A DNA stretch of 64,000 bases from a virus (taxonomy: Duplodnaviria > Heunggongvirae > Uroviricota > Caudoviricetes). Shown piece after piece: positions 1-10,162 of this stretch; positions within the stretch are counted from its first letter, which is position 1, and each line of letters opens with the position of its first letter. The notes beneath the pieces were generated by a model, which saw nothing but the letters and a program-made list of their open reading frames with translations, was not told where the DNA came from and did no database searches. Made by a program: the position numbers and the translations under genes. The stretch lies in IMG/VR virus record IMGVR_UViG_3300008107_000002; one strand, written 5' to 3'.

Positions 1-70
1 TTTAGTAAATCTTGCATGTTAATTCCTTTCCTTTAGTTTATTTAGAATTTCGAGTAATGTCAAATATATT

Positions 71-2770
71 TTATTCAAAAGTGAATAAAGATCCAAACGT
101 ATTAGTTTGTGTAGTGGATTCAAGATCCCATTCTAGAACACCAATAAGGTTATCTAGTTTATTGTTAATAATTGTAGTTTCCATTTCTGCATGATTAAAT
201 GGCAAATCTTGAAACCATTTAGGTAAACGCAATTCGTCAACTGGATAGGCAACGCTTGTGTAGCCTAACGGATTGTCTTTTATTTTGCAAACAATTACTT
301 TTGCTCCATCTGTAATTTGCATAGAATACTTGTCTCCGTTCATTCGTTTTAAAGTATTCCAGTTAATACTAGCACGTACATGTCCGGGCATATTAGCCTT
401 ACCTGCTTTGACTTCCTTGGCTTGGTAGTCTGTAATATTATTGGCACGTTTTGGCGAACCCTTTTCCCAACCGGGTCTAGCTTTAAACTCAGTTCGGAAT
501 TCACTTATACGATCTAGTATCTCAGTTTCCTGTGAACCATTAAGCACTTTGGTTAGAATTTCTTCTAAAAACTTTTGCATAAATTCTGGAGTATCACTGC
601 GCTTAAGATCTAACCCCATGGCTTTGATCTTTCCAGTCTTGCCATCTACATCAAGTCGCTTGCCTTCTTTGTCATAATACAAAACGGCATATCGTTTTTT
701 AGTGATAAACAACCCTTTTGATGCAACAATTTCACGTCCTGCTTTGATAACTTCGCCGCGCGATCTAGGACAATGAAATGCATCTAACATGAACTCTGGA
801 AATGTTGAATTTACTTCTTCTGCTAAAGTATCGTATAGTTGAATAACACTATCTCTAGTCCATGGAATTTCTTTTTTATCAATTTCTTTTTTAAGGGTAC
901 TATAAGCACTGAAGTATGCAGAGTCTGTATCACCATAAATAATTGACTTACCAGTATGGTTATAATCTCCTGTAATTACTTCATTTATTTTTGCGGCCAT
1001 GTGGCGAGCAATTTGTCTCCCAGTAAGTGTGGTTGACTGACCAATACGATTGTCAAAGAACCTACAACCAGGATTGAGAATAGCACCGTACAGGCTGTTA
1101 AGATTAATTTTTTTAACCAACTGACGTTTATCCCAATATTCTTCTTCAATTTTATTCTCCGCTTTAATAGCATCTTTTAGTTTGGCCTGCATCTCTTTAC
1201 GTTCAGCATACCAACGTTTTAATAGTCCAGGAATTATTCCTTCGTGTTCGTGTGTAAAAATTGTACCGTTAGCACTTAACATCCAGGGCTGATTACTTTC
1301 GTATATCATTTCATATACTTGCGCTCCTGAAAGTATATCGCTGTCTCCGTTTTTCCAATCAATAACAATTTCATTTGCAATATCTTTGCCCATAACAAGT
1401 TCGTATTCATTACTACCAAACTTGCCTTCCCATGATCCGGCAAACGTTTCACCTTTGGCTTGTTTAGTATCAACTTCTGCTTGTGTATAAGTTTGACGTA
1501 ACTGACCAATGATGGTTTCTGGACCCATGTTTAATGCACGAATTACAGATGGATACAGACTGTTAATGTCCATTGATCCAATCCAGTCGTGTAATCCTTT
1601 TTTAGGATATGCAACATAAGCACCGGCGGCCTGATTGTTAGCGTTCTCATCTCGTTGTACACGACTAGGAACAATCATGCCTCTATGATGTGCTTCATTA
1701 ATAATGGCCTGTTCAGTTACAGCCACTGCACCCATAGTTGTTGCTAACAGTACCGTGTTTTCATGTGCAATAGTGTTGGCAAGATCGATAAATTTTAATT
1801 TTTTATCTAGTTTGTTGAGCAGTGCGGTATCTTGTCTATTATATTCGATAAACTTTTTAAAGTCGTTGTTGTATAGTTGATCAAGTGTACCTTCGTATAC
1901 AGTCTTTGTCTCGCCTACTTCAAGTTCACCGATTGCGTCCAATCGATAGGTGTGACGCTCTTCATATGTGTATTTACGGTACAGCTCGAGACTGTCCAAA
2001 TGAACACGACCAACCAGATCATAAGTAACAGCCTGTCTTCCATATTTTTCATATTCTCTCTTTTTAGGAAATTGATTCCACAAACAAAGTCTACGAGTAT
2101 CTTCTTTGCTCAAGGTTTTAATAATTCGATTAACGGTGTAAGGCATATCAAAGCCTTCACTGTTCCAACCACTTAATATGTCTGCATCTTGAATAAGATC
2201 AAGAAAAGTATCCAACATATCTGCTTCGTTGTCAAATAAAATTGTGTTTGGAAAATCTTTAACTTGTTCTTGTGCCTGTTCCATTGTAAGCGTCTTGGGA
2301 GGCATCGCCAAACATACAAGTGTATCTAGCCATTGTAGGTGAACGGCAATTGCAGTAATTGGCATAAACGCATCATCGGGACTTGCATAGCCACGTTCAG
2401 GATCAAAGTCTACTTCAATATCCCAAAATGCTACATTGAGTTTTGGTGCATCTTTTCCTAGATAATTTTCTTCTAGGCAACGAAATACTGGTTTAATGTC
2501 GCTTTCGTATAACGACTGGCTACCATGTATACGTATTTCTTTTTGAAATTCTTTGTGAGTCTTACAGCTCACTTTTGATAGGCTTTCGCCAAAGATTGAT
2601 TTATATTTTCCCTTGTTATCTTTGTAGTAAAAAAGATATCGGGCAGGATAGTCTTGATAAAGTCTACCTTTTTTAGGATCTCTTTCTACGATTTTGACAA
2701 TGTCATTCTCTCGATCCCATATCGCGTCAACATAACTCATATTTTTCTCCTTGCAATTTAAGGCTTGCAA
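71..2770 (-). CDS. 43: Family B DNA polymerase (T4 gp43-like replicative polymerase)
   Basis: 899 aa; exonuclease motif FWDIEVDFD, polymerase motif A DINSLYPS, motif B KKINLNSLYGAIL, motif C YGDTDS. Confidence 0.95.
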   Translation of the reverse strand: MQALNCKEKNMSYVDAIWDRENDIVKIVERDPKKGRLYQDYPARYLFYYKDNKGKYKSIFGESLSKVSCKTHKEFQKEIRIHGSQSLYESDIKPVFRCLEENYLGKDAPKLNVAFWDIEVDFDPERGYASPDDAFMPITAIAVHLQWLDTLVCLAMPPKTLTMEQAQEQVKDFPNTILFDNEADMLDTFLDLIQDADILSGWNSEGFDMPYTVNRIIKTLSKEDTRRLCLWNQFPKKREYEKYGRQAVTYDLVGRVHLDSLELYRKYTYEERHTYRLDAIGELEVGETKTVYEGTLDQLYNNDFKKFIEYNRQDTALLNKLDKKLKFIDLANTIAHENTVLLATTMGAVAVTEQAIINEAHHRGMIVPSRVQRDENANNQAAGAYVAYPKKGLHDWIGSMDINSLYPSVIRALNMGPETIIGQLRQTYTQAEVDTKQAKGETFAGSWEGKFGSNEYELVMGKDIANEIVIDWKNGDSDILSGAQVYEMIYESNQPWMLSANGTIFTHEHEGIIPGLLKRWYAERKEMQAKLKDAIKAENKIEEEYWDKRQLVKKINLNSLYGAILNPGCRFFDNRIGQSTTLTGRQIARHMAAKINEVITGDYNHTGKSIIYGDTDSAYFSAYSTLKKEIDKKEIPWTRDSVIQLYDTLAEEVNSTFPEFMLDAFHCPRSRGEVIKAGREIVASKGLFITKKRYAVLYYDKEGKRLDVDGKTGKIKAMGLDLKRSDTPEFMQKFLEEILTKVLNGSQETEILDRISEFRTEFKARPGWEKGSPKRANNITDYQAKEVKAGKANMPGHVRASINWNTLKRMNGDKYSMQITDGAKVIVCKIKDNPLGYTSVAYPVDELRLPKWFQDLPFNHAEMETTIINNKLDNLIGVLEWDLESTTQTNTFGSLFTFE

Positions 2771-2809
2771 ATACCAACAGGATCATTTGTGGCTGATCAA
2801 ACCTTATTC

Positions 2810-3109
2810 TTACGTATTTATTAATCGAATATAACCAATAAGATCAATAGTGACTAACAGTACATAGTTTGCTACCATGCCTGTACTCTTGCGTGTCCAA
2901 GCGGCCCAACCAAATATAGCGCATTGTGTAATAAAAATTGGATAAAGCCAAAGAAACAATGGGTCGGTTGCTCCAGCGGCCAGCGCTAAAGAACAACCTA
3001 GACTCATCATCCATGCTGTAATTTCTAAAACAAACCGAGTAGGCCATTCTTTATAGTCATCTTTGGCCCATTTATAAATGTTGGTAAAGGTGTTAGTAAT
3101 TTGATCCAT
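2810..3109 (-). CDS. small integral membrane protein (about 3 predicted TM segments)
   Basis: 99 aa ORF with hydrophobic stretches MMSLGCSLALAAGA and LYPIFITQCAIFGWAAW; immediately downstream of polymerase gene. Confidence 0.5.
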   Translation of the reverse strand: MDQITNTFTNIYKWAKDDYKEWPTRFVLEITAWMMSLGCSLALAAGATDPLFLWLYPIFITQCAIFGWAAWTRKSTGMVANYVLLVTIDLIGYIRLINT

Positions 3110-3429
3110 TAGTCTTCGCGGCGATTAGCGTGACCACTAATATCAACAATAGTTTCAAGATCGTCAAACTCTCTCCAAACTTGATCCCATTGATCTTTTT
3201 GTGCAATACGAATTGCCTTACGGATTACACTTGGTTTGACTTCTAGTTCTTCAGCTACAGCTTTAATTGTTTCGTTAAGACCTTCTGTAAGGTCTGCAAT
3301 TTCTTGCATAACTGTAACGCCTTCGGAAATAATTTGTTTAATTTTTGCTTGTTCCGGCGCACCAAATGCTTTGCTCATAATAATCTCTCCTATACTATAT
3401 AGTATAGTTTCCTTATACTCAATAGTCAA
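3109..3429 (-). CDS. hypothetical protein
   Basis: 106 aa ORF abutting neighbours; AGGAGA-like RBS upstream; no recognised motif. Confidence 0.5.
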   Translation of the reverse strand: MTIEYKETILYSIGEIIMSKAFGAPEQAKIKQIISEGVTVMQEIADLTEGLNETIKAVAEELEVKPSVIRKAIRIAQKDQWDQVWREFDDLETIVDISGHANRRED

Positions 3430-3443
3430 TTCTTTTGGAGTAA

Positions 3444-4079
3444 TTATTTTGTGAGGTTGTTTGGTTTCATAGCCTTTATGTTGGCTTCCAATAACGTTTT
3501 TAAGCGTAGATCATACCAGTTAGATTCGGCAAGTTCGTGTTCTGGTTTTTTCTTATGTTTAAGATTGCCTTTTTTAGTTTCTTTCTTTTTGTCTTTATGC
3601 TCACCGGCACCACTAGTGGTCATATTTTTAGCAACAAAATTTCTTGGCTTTGATGTATATTTCATTGCCCTTACACCTTTTTTGTGTTCGCTAATTTGCG
3701 GATCATTTCCTTGGGCTTTTTCACTTTGTATGTAGTCCCAAACGGTAACTAGATAATCTTCAGCTAGGGAAATCTTTTCTTGACACCATTCTGGCAAGTT
3801 GTCGTTTTCATCAATAGTACTCATTAGTCCATCTACTGCTCGTTTTAAAGTATGTAGACTACCTTCTGCCATACCTGCTTCGTCGTCGTATTCACCGTTG
3901 AAGTCCTCCACCACACCTTGCTCACTGATCTTCTTACAACTACCTTCTTCACCACGCTTCTTACCTGGTACTTTTTTGTGTCCCGGCCAGCACTTATCGT
4001 AGATTTTACTATTACCGTGTGCTTCCGCTACACCTTGTTTCTTTTTTTCGTTTAAGTTTTTGTTCATAATATTTCTCAC
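3444..4079 (-). CDS. hypothetical Lys-rich protein
   Basis: 211 aa, highly basic (KKK stretches), ATGA-type junction with upstream ORF. Confidence 0.5.
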   Translation of the reverse strand: MRNIMNKNLNEKKKQGVAEAHGNSKIYDKCWPGHKKVPGKKRGEEGSCKKISEQGVVEDFNGEYDDEAGMAEGSLHTLKRAVDGLMSTIDENDNLPEWCQEKISLAEDYLVTVWDYIQSEKAQGNDPQISEHKKGVRAMKYTSKPRNFVAKNMTTSGAGEHKDKKKETKKGNLKHKKKPEHELAESNWYDLRLKTLLEANIKAMKPNNLTK

Positions 4080-4594
4080 ACTACTATGCTGTCTGGTCTG
4101 TGTTTACCGTTAGCGGTTGCATTGCCGCCAGTGGACATTCCGCCACTAGTTGCTGATTCTGCAGGATCTTCACCACCTAATACTTTTTTAGCGTTTTCCA
4201 AATTTCTTATTTGTGCAGAAATACGATCGTATTCTGATTTTCCTTGACTCCACGTATTGCGAGCACCGTATTGGTAATCATTGTATGCACTCTTTAATGC
4301 TGGTTGTAATTTAGCAATTTCGGCATCAATATCTACGCCGGTGTATTTGTCACGGATTGCCTGTTCTCTATCAAACTTTGCTTTTTCTTCTTGAGAAGCT
4401 CGAGCTGTGGCATATCGAGCGTTTGCTCTGCTCAAACCTTTTTCTCTATTTGCAATAGTTTTATCAGCGGCAGCAACTTTTTCAGGATCGTTGCGACTAA
4501 AATGTTTTTCCATACTTGCAAGCCCTCGACTGAGTTGTGCTTTTTTTGTATAGTCGCCTAATGATACTTCACTTAACAGGTCTGTTATTTTCAT
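4076..4594 (-). CDS. hypothetical protein
   Basis: 172 aa ORF, 4-nt overlap with both neighbours (translational coupling). Confidence 0.5.
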   Translation of the reverse strand: MKITDLLSEVSLGDYTKKAQLSRGLASMEKHFSRNDPEKVAAADKTIANREKGLSRANARYATARASQEEKAKFDREQAIRDKYTGVDIDAEIAKLQPALKSAYNDYQYGARNTWSQGKSEYDRISAQIRNLENAKKVLGGEDPAESATSGGMSTGGNATANGKHRPDSIVV

Positions 4595-4959
4595 TTTGTT
4601 TTATTCCATTGTGATACAGGACTTACAGTATTGGTGCCTTTGAGCTCCTTACTTTTCATATCGCCGTGATTCATATCTTCGTAACTAGCACCCGCTGCTT
4701 CGTAGGCTGCTTTTAATATGTCAGCTTCTACTTGAGTATACGGGTGAGCAGTCTTTTTCTTCCCAGACCAACTCTTTTGATCAATGTCTAATTTATTTTT
4801 TCCGTCACTCATAGCCGCTGCCATTCCTACTCTAAAACTGACATATCCGCTGTCTGCTTTTTCAGAGTCTGCATATCGATGAAGTCCTCGAGTAGATTGT
4901 TGCTGACGTTTAGTAATTTTGCCAGTCTTACGTTCGGTAATAAACTCATTAGCTCGCAT
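4591..4959 (-). CDS. hypothetical protein
   Basis: 122 aa ORF in coupled chain. Confidence 0.5.
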   Translation of the reverse strand: MRANEFITERKTGKITKRQQQSTRGLHRYADSEKADSGYVSFRVGMAAAMSDGKNKLDIDQKSWSGKKKTAHPYTQVEADILKAAYEAAGASYEDMNHGDMKSKELKGTNTVSPVSQWNKTK

Positions 4960-5401
4960 TTTGAATTCCTTCTATGCTAGAACGTAGCATCCATCCATGC
5001 TTACGATGTGCATCCATACGTTCAGCTAAAAAGTTACTAAAACCGTGTTCTTTGTTTTGTTCAGCAACATCATATACAAGTTTTAAAATGTTGATCATTT
5101 TTTCATTGTCTTGTAATAGTTCAGCAACCATTTGATCTTTTGTTAGTATATCAGTCTCGTCATTAATTTGACTTAACATATTAAAACGACTATAACTGGC
5201 TGGAACAAATGTTCCTAAAGCACGAATTTTTTCTGCATAGTCGTCGATGCTTCCATACACTTCTTCGTAAATTTTACCAAACAGATCGTGGTATTCTAAA
5301 AAATCAGATCCTGTAACATTCCAATGGAAGTTATGTGCTTTTAGATAAAAACTAAATTCACTAGCAAACCCTATTTTAGCGGCGTTTTGTAAGTCTTTCA
5401 T
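4949..5401 (-). CDS. dps: Dps-family ferritin-like protein (DNA protection during starvation)
   Basis: 150 aa; HWNVTGSDFLEYHDLF, ferroxidase-type D/E/H positions (DDYAEKIRALG, EHGFSNFLAERMDAHRKHGWML) typical of Dps. Confidence 0.85.
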   Translation of the reverse strand: MKDLQNAAKIGFASEFSFYLKAHNFHWNVTGSDFLEYHDLFGKIYEEVYGSIDDYAEKIRALGTFVPASYSRFNMLSQINDETDILTKDQMVAELLQDNEKMINILKLVYDVAEQNKEHGFSNFLAERMDAHRKHGWMLRSSIEGIQNAS

Positions 5402-5422
5402 GAGAGATCCAATTCTAATATG

Positions 5423-8400
5423 TTATTTATTTTCTAGAAGTCTGATTAAGTTTGACATCTTATTCTCAATATCTTCGCTTACTTTAACGCATTTATCACT
5501 ATCGTTCTCTGTGCCATCGTAACGATAGCCGTCCCAGCAGGCCTTGCCGTCTGCCCCTTTAATTTTTTCGTCAACACTTACTTCACCAACTAGATCTCCT
5601 GCTTTAGCATACTTGTCAGTGGCTTTAAGATGACCTGCTGTTCCTAGTGGATTTTGTTTAACCCCTACAAACTGATTCTTTTCTAATTCGTTAAGTTTGG
5701 CCGTCCAGTATTTGGATCTTTCTTTAATATTATAAGATTCTGCAGTCTTATCAAAATTTGATCCCTTTTTGTCTTGTTTAGGTTCCCACTTCTCTTTATT
5801 TTTTTCTATTTGACTAGGAGTTACTTTTGTTTCTTTGTCTTGAGAAGATTGTTCTGATTTTTCTGCTTGAGAAGTTTTTTCACTTTCTGCTACTCTAGGT
5901 TTAATTTCTTTACTACCCGGAACTTCGTGATCACCTACCTTGGCTTTCTTGTAGATTTTTTCGCCTGTACTTGGACTAATATAGTACTCGCCTTTCTTGT
6001 CCTGGCCAATGCTTCTTACTTTGTATTTGGCACCGCTGTTACTTTCCGCCACACCTTGCTGAGGTTGTCTAACAAACTTTTCTATAGCTTGTTTTACTCC
6101 GTCAGGTGCTCTATCCCATCGTTCTGCTTGTCCGGTGCTATTAAAACTAGGACCTTGTGGTTTTAATGCAGGATTAACATAGCTTACTTTAACATCAGTA
6201 AACGGCGCTGGACTTTGACCGTCTGTGCCTGGTCTATAATCAACCTGGACCATCTTGCCGTTACTTAAAATATAATAATCAGTGCTTGGTTCAAATAGTT
6301 CAGATACAGATTGTTCTTCAGTTGATCTTCTATATACTTGTTGTACTGTATTGCCACCGTTGCCTCTTTCTATTTTTTCAGGCTTGCTGGGTTTGTCTTT
6401 TTCAAAATACCTACGCATTTCTTCAGGACTTGTTGTAGATTTTTTTGCAACATGGTGTTTGGGCATTGTTAAAAATCCCATTATACTTTCGTTTTCTTCC
6501 GCCGCACCTTGCTCTTTATTCTTTTCAGCAGCCTGTTTCTTTTCCCAGTCTGTACGAGCCTGCGACATTACTTCTTCACCGCGTTTGCGACTTGCGGTAG
6601 ACTTTTCTTGTTGGCGTTGAAAAGCTCGCTGTAGTTTAACTGCCGCACTCATACGAGTGTTTTCATCAATTTTAGGTCTTATTAATGCATTAAACAATCT
6701 TTCAGCTATAGGAGCAGGTTGTTGTTGAGTCTGTTGTTGTATTCCCATACCTTTCCTTGTTATATCCATTAAATGTTCAATCCAGTCTCCGCCTAATTTT
6801 TTAACATCAAATGCATTTGACCATACAGCCAATGCTTTCTCCGGTGGATCATTTTTTAAACTATTACGTAACAGTGTTCCACTAAACCCAGACTCTCGAG
6901 GAGTAACTCCTAAACTTGCCTTAACGTGTTCATACCCTTGGAATTTGTTAACAGCCTTCATTAGTGCTTGCGGCATACTTAATCCTTTACGATCTTCGCC
7001 TACCATAATAACAATATTGTCATAACGTGGAGGTTTACCCGGCAAAGGATTAATTAATTCGTGTTTGATCTTTTGTATTAATTGTCCGCCTTGTTGTACT
7101 GTGCTGATGTTATCAGCGTATTCTGGATACAGTTTATGCCATGTTTGTACTTTAACTGCTGGAGGAATAGGATCATCTTTACCTTCTGCATTACCTATAA
7201 ACAAATAAGGATCGCCACCTAATTCTTTAGCTTTATTAATTGTGTATTGAAATAAGTCTTGATGACCTTTATGTCCAATAAAGGATCCTACTGCTACTAC
7301 GGCGGTCTTTGCTTCGCCTCTTGGACGTTCTGCTCTTGCCGATGCTTGAGCAGCCTGTTTACCGGCAATAACGGCACGTTGTTCTGCACTGGTAATTTTT
7401 ACAGGACCTAGTCTTGTGTTAAGTACAATACCTTCGTAGTCTTTGCCCAACATATCTTTGCCCACAATGTTAGGATCTTCTGCAATAGCTTTTTCTAATG
7501 CAAGTTTAACTGGTTGTAATTGTGCTTCAACATTCTTTTTAAGTTCTAAACTAGCACGGTCTCTCTTACCCATAGTATCTGATACAATGCTTTTTAGTTC
7601 TTCAATGTTTTCTAACGGTGGAACAATTGCTGTAACATCTAGTGCTTCATTTTGTGTTAGGCTATTGTCAATAAACATAACACTACCTTGTTGTCCAAGA
7701 CCAGTTAATTCTTTTACAACTTCTTGTGAATTTTCAACAGGCTCTCCTGTACTTGCAGTTACAACTTGGAATGGCACAAGTGCAAGTTGTACACCTTTTG
7801 GAAGTTTGTCATACTGAATACCAACAAACTTTAATTTACCTTCTTCAGTTTCCGTAGCAAATGGCAAGAATAAAACTTCACAACTTACTTGTTTGTCCAT
7901 TAAAAAATCTGGACCTAATTTGCTATCTACTAGTTTAACAGCATTCATCATTTCTACAAACAGGTCATCAAATAATTTAGCACGACCTAATATTTCTGGA
8001 TCTTGTGTGCCTTTTTCTTGATGGTACTTTAGAAAACCTGGAGCATATCTCGGCTCAGTGCGACTAGTGCCCATAAAAGGTTTACCGTCTGCGTTCTTAC
8101 CAAAGCGTCCGCCAAAGCCATCTACCTTAACATTTAACGGCATATTTTCTAATTTGAAATTTCCGTTGCCGTCGTGTATCTCATCTAACAAATCTAAAAA
8201 GTCTACAGCCTTAAGATCTTTAAGATGGGGCATTCCTTTGCGTAATTGAGCTTTAACTTCTGCTTCGTTAAGCCCTTCGTGTTTAGCTTTGCCTGCTTTC
8301 ATGTTAGCTAACCAGTGTGCTAGTTGTCCTTTGCGGCCACCTTGTTTAGCAGTCTTACGTAGACTACTTACACTAGCTTTGGTATTGATACCGTGTCGCT

Positions 8401-9682
8401 TGCTGTCGCCTTTATCTTGCGGATTACGGCCATCTGCAAAATTTTCTGCAACTGGTTGTCTTGTTGCCACTTTGTTTGTAAAGGCCGCTTCGTAATCTGC
8501 TGCCATTTTAACTGCTTGGGCTCTTAATGATTTAGCATTAGGCAGTTTAATATTTTCTAACATATAATCAATTGCGGCAAATTTTATATCTCTATCTCTT
8601 GCCGGATCATCTTTAGTAATCATTTGACTACCTTGTTCAAAACATATCGATAAGAATCGACTTACAATCTCTTCTTTCTCATCATCTGGCAAATATTTTG
8701 CAATTAGGGCCACTGTTCCGACAAAACTATTTTTTAATTCTTGATCATTACCTTTTGGTTTTCTTCCAAAAAACAATTCAAATTGTTGTGCCAAATTTTG
8801 TACATATTGTCTTGCATTAGGCTCCAATAATTGCATTACTGGAACGCCGTTTTTCTCCATAGGCTCGCCAGTGTTAGGATCATTATAAGGTACATATTTT
8901 CTACTTAATCCGCCACCACCTGGCCCGCTTACTGCAAAACTAAAATCAGAATCAGTAACAGGTTCATCACTAATTTTTGTACCTTTCTTCAATACTCTAG
9001 CAACATATTTTGTGCTAGTCCTTGCGTAAGGTAATGCACGGTCTATATATTTGTGAAATACACCTTTGATATTTGCTGATAAATCTTCCCATGCAGAACT
9101 ATGACTGTATGACTGCCATTCAGTAGGAAGTCCTTCTTCGTCGTGTGCTCCGTATTCAAAATCTATTTGTATTTTTACTGGAAGTTCTTTTAATTTAATT
9201 TCCCATAAACTACTGTACTGGCTATTTCCAGGGCTAAATCCTAGAAACACAGCATCTCCTACTTTCTTTCCAACTAGTGACTGTAAAAATTGTTTAATAG
9301 TTTCGGCATGTTTATCGGGTGCCTGCGTGTCAATATCACCTACTTTAGGTTTAACACGAACAAAGTCTTCATCGGATATTTTTTTATCAAGGAATAATAG
9401 TGTACTACCGCTTAAAAACTTTTTTGCTTCAACTGATTTAGGATACCAGAGAGGTTCTTTATATTGATTTGAAAATGTGGTATTAATATCTGCTAATAGT
9501 TTTTCAACTACATCTTGCACATAATTTCTATTATGTACCTGTAAATCAAGTTCTTGGGCTTGATGGGTTCCTGGAACTCCTTGCCAACCTGGAATCTCTT
9601 TACCTTGTGCATTATGACTAGATAAATTTCCGCCTTCTAAAATAGGACTTCTTTTTACACTGATAATATCGAACAAATTCAT
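5423..9682 (-). CDS. large multidomain protein (1419 aa) with an internal HxGH nucleotidyltransferase-like motif and K/E-rich low-complexity C-terminus
   Basis: Uninterrupted 4.26 kb ORF; motif AVGSFIGHKGHQ (GxFxxxHxGH-like) around aa 790; C-terminal 250 aa is a Lys/Glu/Ser low-complexity tail. Confidence 0.8.
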   Translation of the reverse strand: MNLFDIISVKRSPILEGGNLSSHNAQGKEIPGWQGVPGTHQAQELDLQVHNRNYVQDVVEKLLADINTTFSNQYKEPLWYPKSVEAKKFLSGSTLLFLDKKISDEDFVRVKPKVGDIDTQAPDKHAETIKQFLQSLVGKKVGDAVFLGFSPGNSQYSSLWEIKLKELPVKIQIDFEYGAHDEEGLPTEWQSYSHSSAWEDLSANIKGVFHKYIDRALPYARTSTKYVARVLKKGTKISDEPVTDSDFSFAVSGPGGGGLSRKYVPYNDPNTGEPMEKNGVPVMQLLEPNARQYVQNLAQQFELFFGRKPKGNDQELKNSFVGTVALIAKYLPDDEKEEIVSRFLSICFEQGSQMITKDDPARDRDIKFAAIDYMLENIKLPNAKSLRAQAVKMAADYEAAFTNKVATRQPVAENFADGRNPQDKGDSKRHGINTKASVSSLRKTAKQGGRKGQLAHWLANMKAGKAKHEGLNEAEVKAQLRKGMPHLKDLKAVDFLDLLDEIHDGNGNFKLENMPLNVKVDGFGGRFGKNADGKPFMGTSRTEPRYAPGFLKYHQEKGTQDPEILGRAKLFDDLFVEMMNAVKLVDSKLGPDFLMDKQVSCEVLFLPFATETEEGKLKFVGIQYDKLPKGVQLALVPFQVVTASTGEPVENSQEVVKELTGLGQQGSVMFIDNSLTQNEALDVTAIVPPLENIEELKSIVSDTMGKRDRASLELKKNVEAQLQPVKLALEKAIAEDPNIVGKDMLGKDYEGIVLNTRLGPVKITSAEQRAVIAGKQAAQASARAERPRGEAKTAVVAVGSFIGHKGHQDLFQYTINKAKELGGDPYLFIGNAEGKDDPIPPAVKVQTWHKLYPEYADNISTVQQGGQLIQKIKHELINPLPGKPPRYDNIVIMVGEDRKGLSMPQALMKAVNKFQGYEHVKASLGVTPRESGFSGTLLRNSLKNDPPEKALAVWSNAFDVKKLGGDWIEHLMDITRKGMGIQQQTQQQPAPIAERLFNALIRPKIDENTRMSAAVKLQRAFQRQQEKSTASRKRGEEVMSQARTDWEKKQAAEKNKEQGAAEENESIMGFLTMPKHHVAKKSTTSPEEMRRYFEKDKPSKPEKIERGNGGNTVQQVYRRSTEEQSVSELFEPSTDYYILSNGKMVQVDYRPGTDGQSPAPFTDVKVSYVNPALKPQGPSFNSTGQAERWDRAPDGVKQAIEKFVRQPQQGVAESNSGAKYKVRSIGQDKKGEYYISPSTGEKIYKKAKVGDHEVPGSKEIKPRVAESEKTSQAEKSEQSSQDKETKVTPSQIEKNKEKWEPKQDKKGSNFDKTAESYNIKERSKYWTAKLNELEKNQFVGVKQNPLGTAGHLKATDKYAKAGDLVGEVSVDEKIKGADGKACWDGYRYDGTENDSDKCVKVSEDIENKMSNLIRLLENK

Positions 9683-10080
9683 TTTGAATAGTCTCCAACA
9701 TGATATTCATCATTAGTTAAGTCATCTATAAATTGATCAGCTAACCTTTTACATAGGTCTTCTCGTGTTTTTTGGTCAAATAACTCTTTGGGGTTGCTGT
9801 TAAGTTTCATTTTTTTATGGTATAAAGTGCAACCTTTATTAACCATAGGAAGCCAAGATTTTGCAAATCTATTTCTATCAAAATTAGGGTCTGAAATTTT
9901 ATTTTTTATCTTACTTACAAAAGGTAATACAAACTCTTTGTGTAATAGATCGTGATCTAGAATATACCAAAAAACTTCATCCGCAGTTTTTTGCTTCTCT
10001 TCTTGACTTTGCTTTTTAAAAGTCTTAAATTCTTTTCCTGTCTTGTCAACAGGAACACTAAAAAATTCGTATAATTTCAT
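9679..10080 (-). CDS. hypothetical protein
   Basis: 133 aa ORF, ATGA overlap with downstream large gene. Confidence 0.55.
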   Translation of the reverse strand: MKLYEFFSVPVDKTGKEFKTFKKQSQEEKQKTADEVFWYILDHDLLHKEFVLPFVSKIKNKISDPNFDRNRFAKSWLPMVNKGCTLYHKKMKLNSNPKELFDQKTREDLCKRLADQFIDDLTNDEYHVGDYSK

Positions 10081-10162
10081 ATCACAAAGTCTCGTAAAGG
10101 GGCATACTGGGCCATAAAATACTCCGTATGGAATATTTATGCAGTTTTAACCAATTAGAAAT

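Noticed and set aside
12-194. Plus-strand 60-aa ORF at the window start
   Set aside because: Lies antisense inside or at the edge of the DNA polymerase gene region, has no RBS and is of low complexity; artefact of AT-rich sequence
441-2176. Several plus-strand ORFs (441..677, 1877..2176) and short minus-strand ORFs (985..1173, 1306..1509) inside the polymerase gene
   Set aside because: Fully nested in or antisense to a well-supported 899-aa polymerase ORF; Ser/Leu-rich translations typical of out-of-frame or antisense reading of AT-rich coding DNA. The same reasoning rejects all other nested ORFs inside ClpA, the 1419-aa and 2270-aa genes, rIIA and similar
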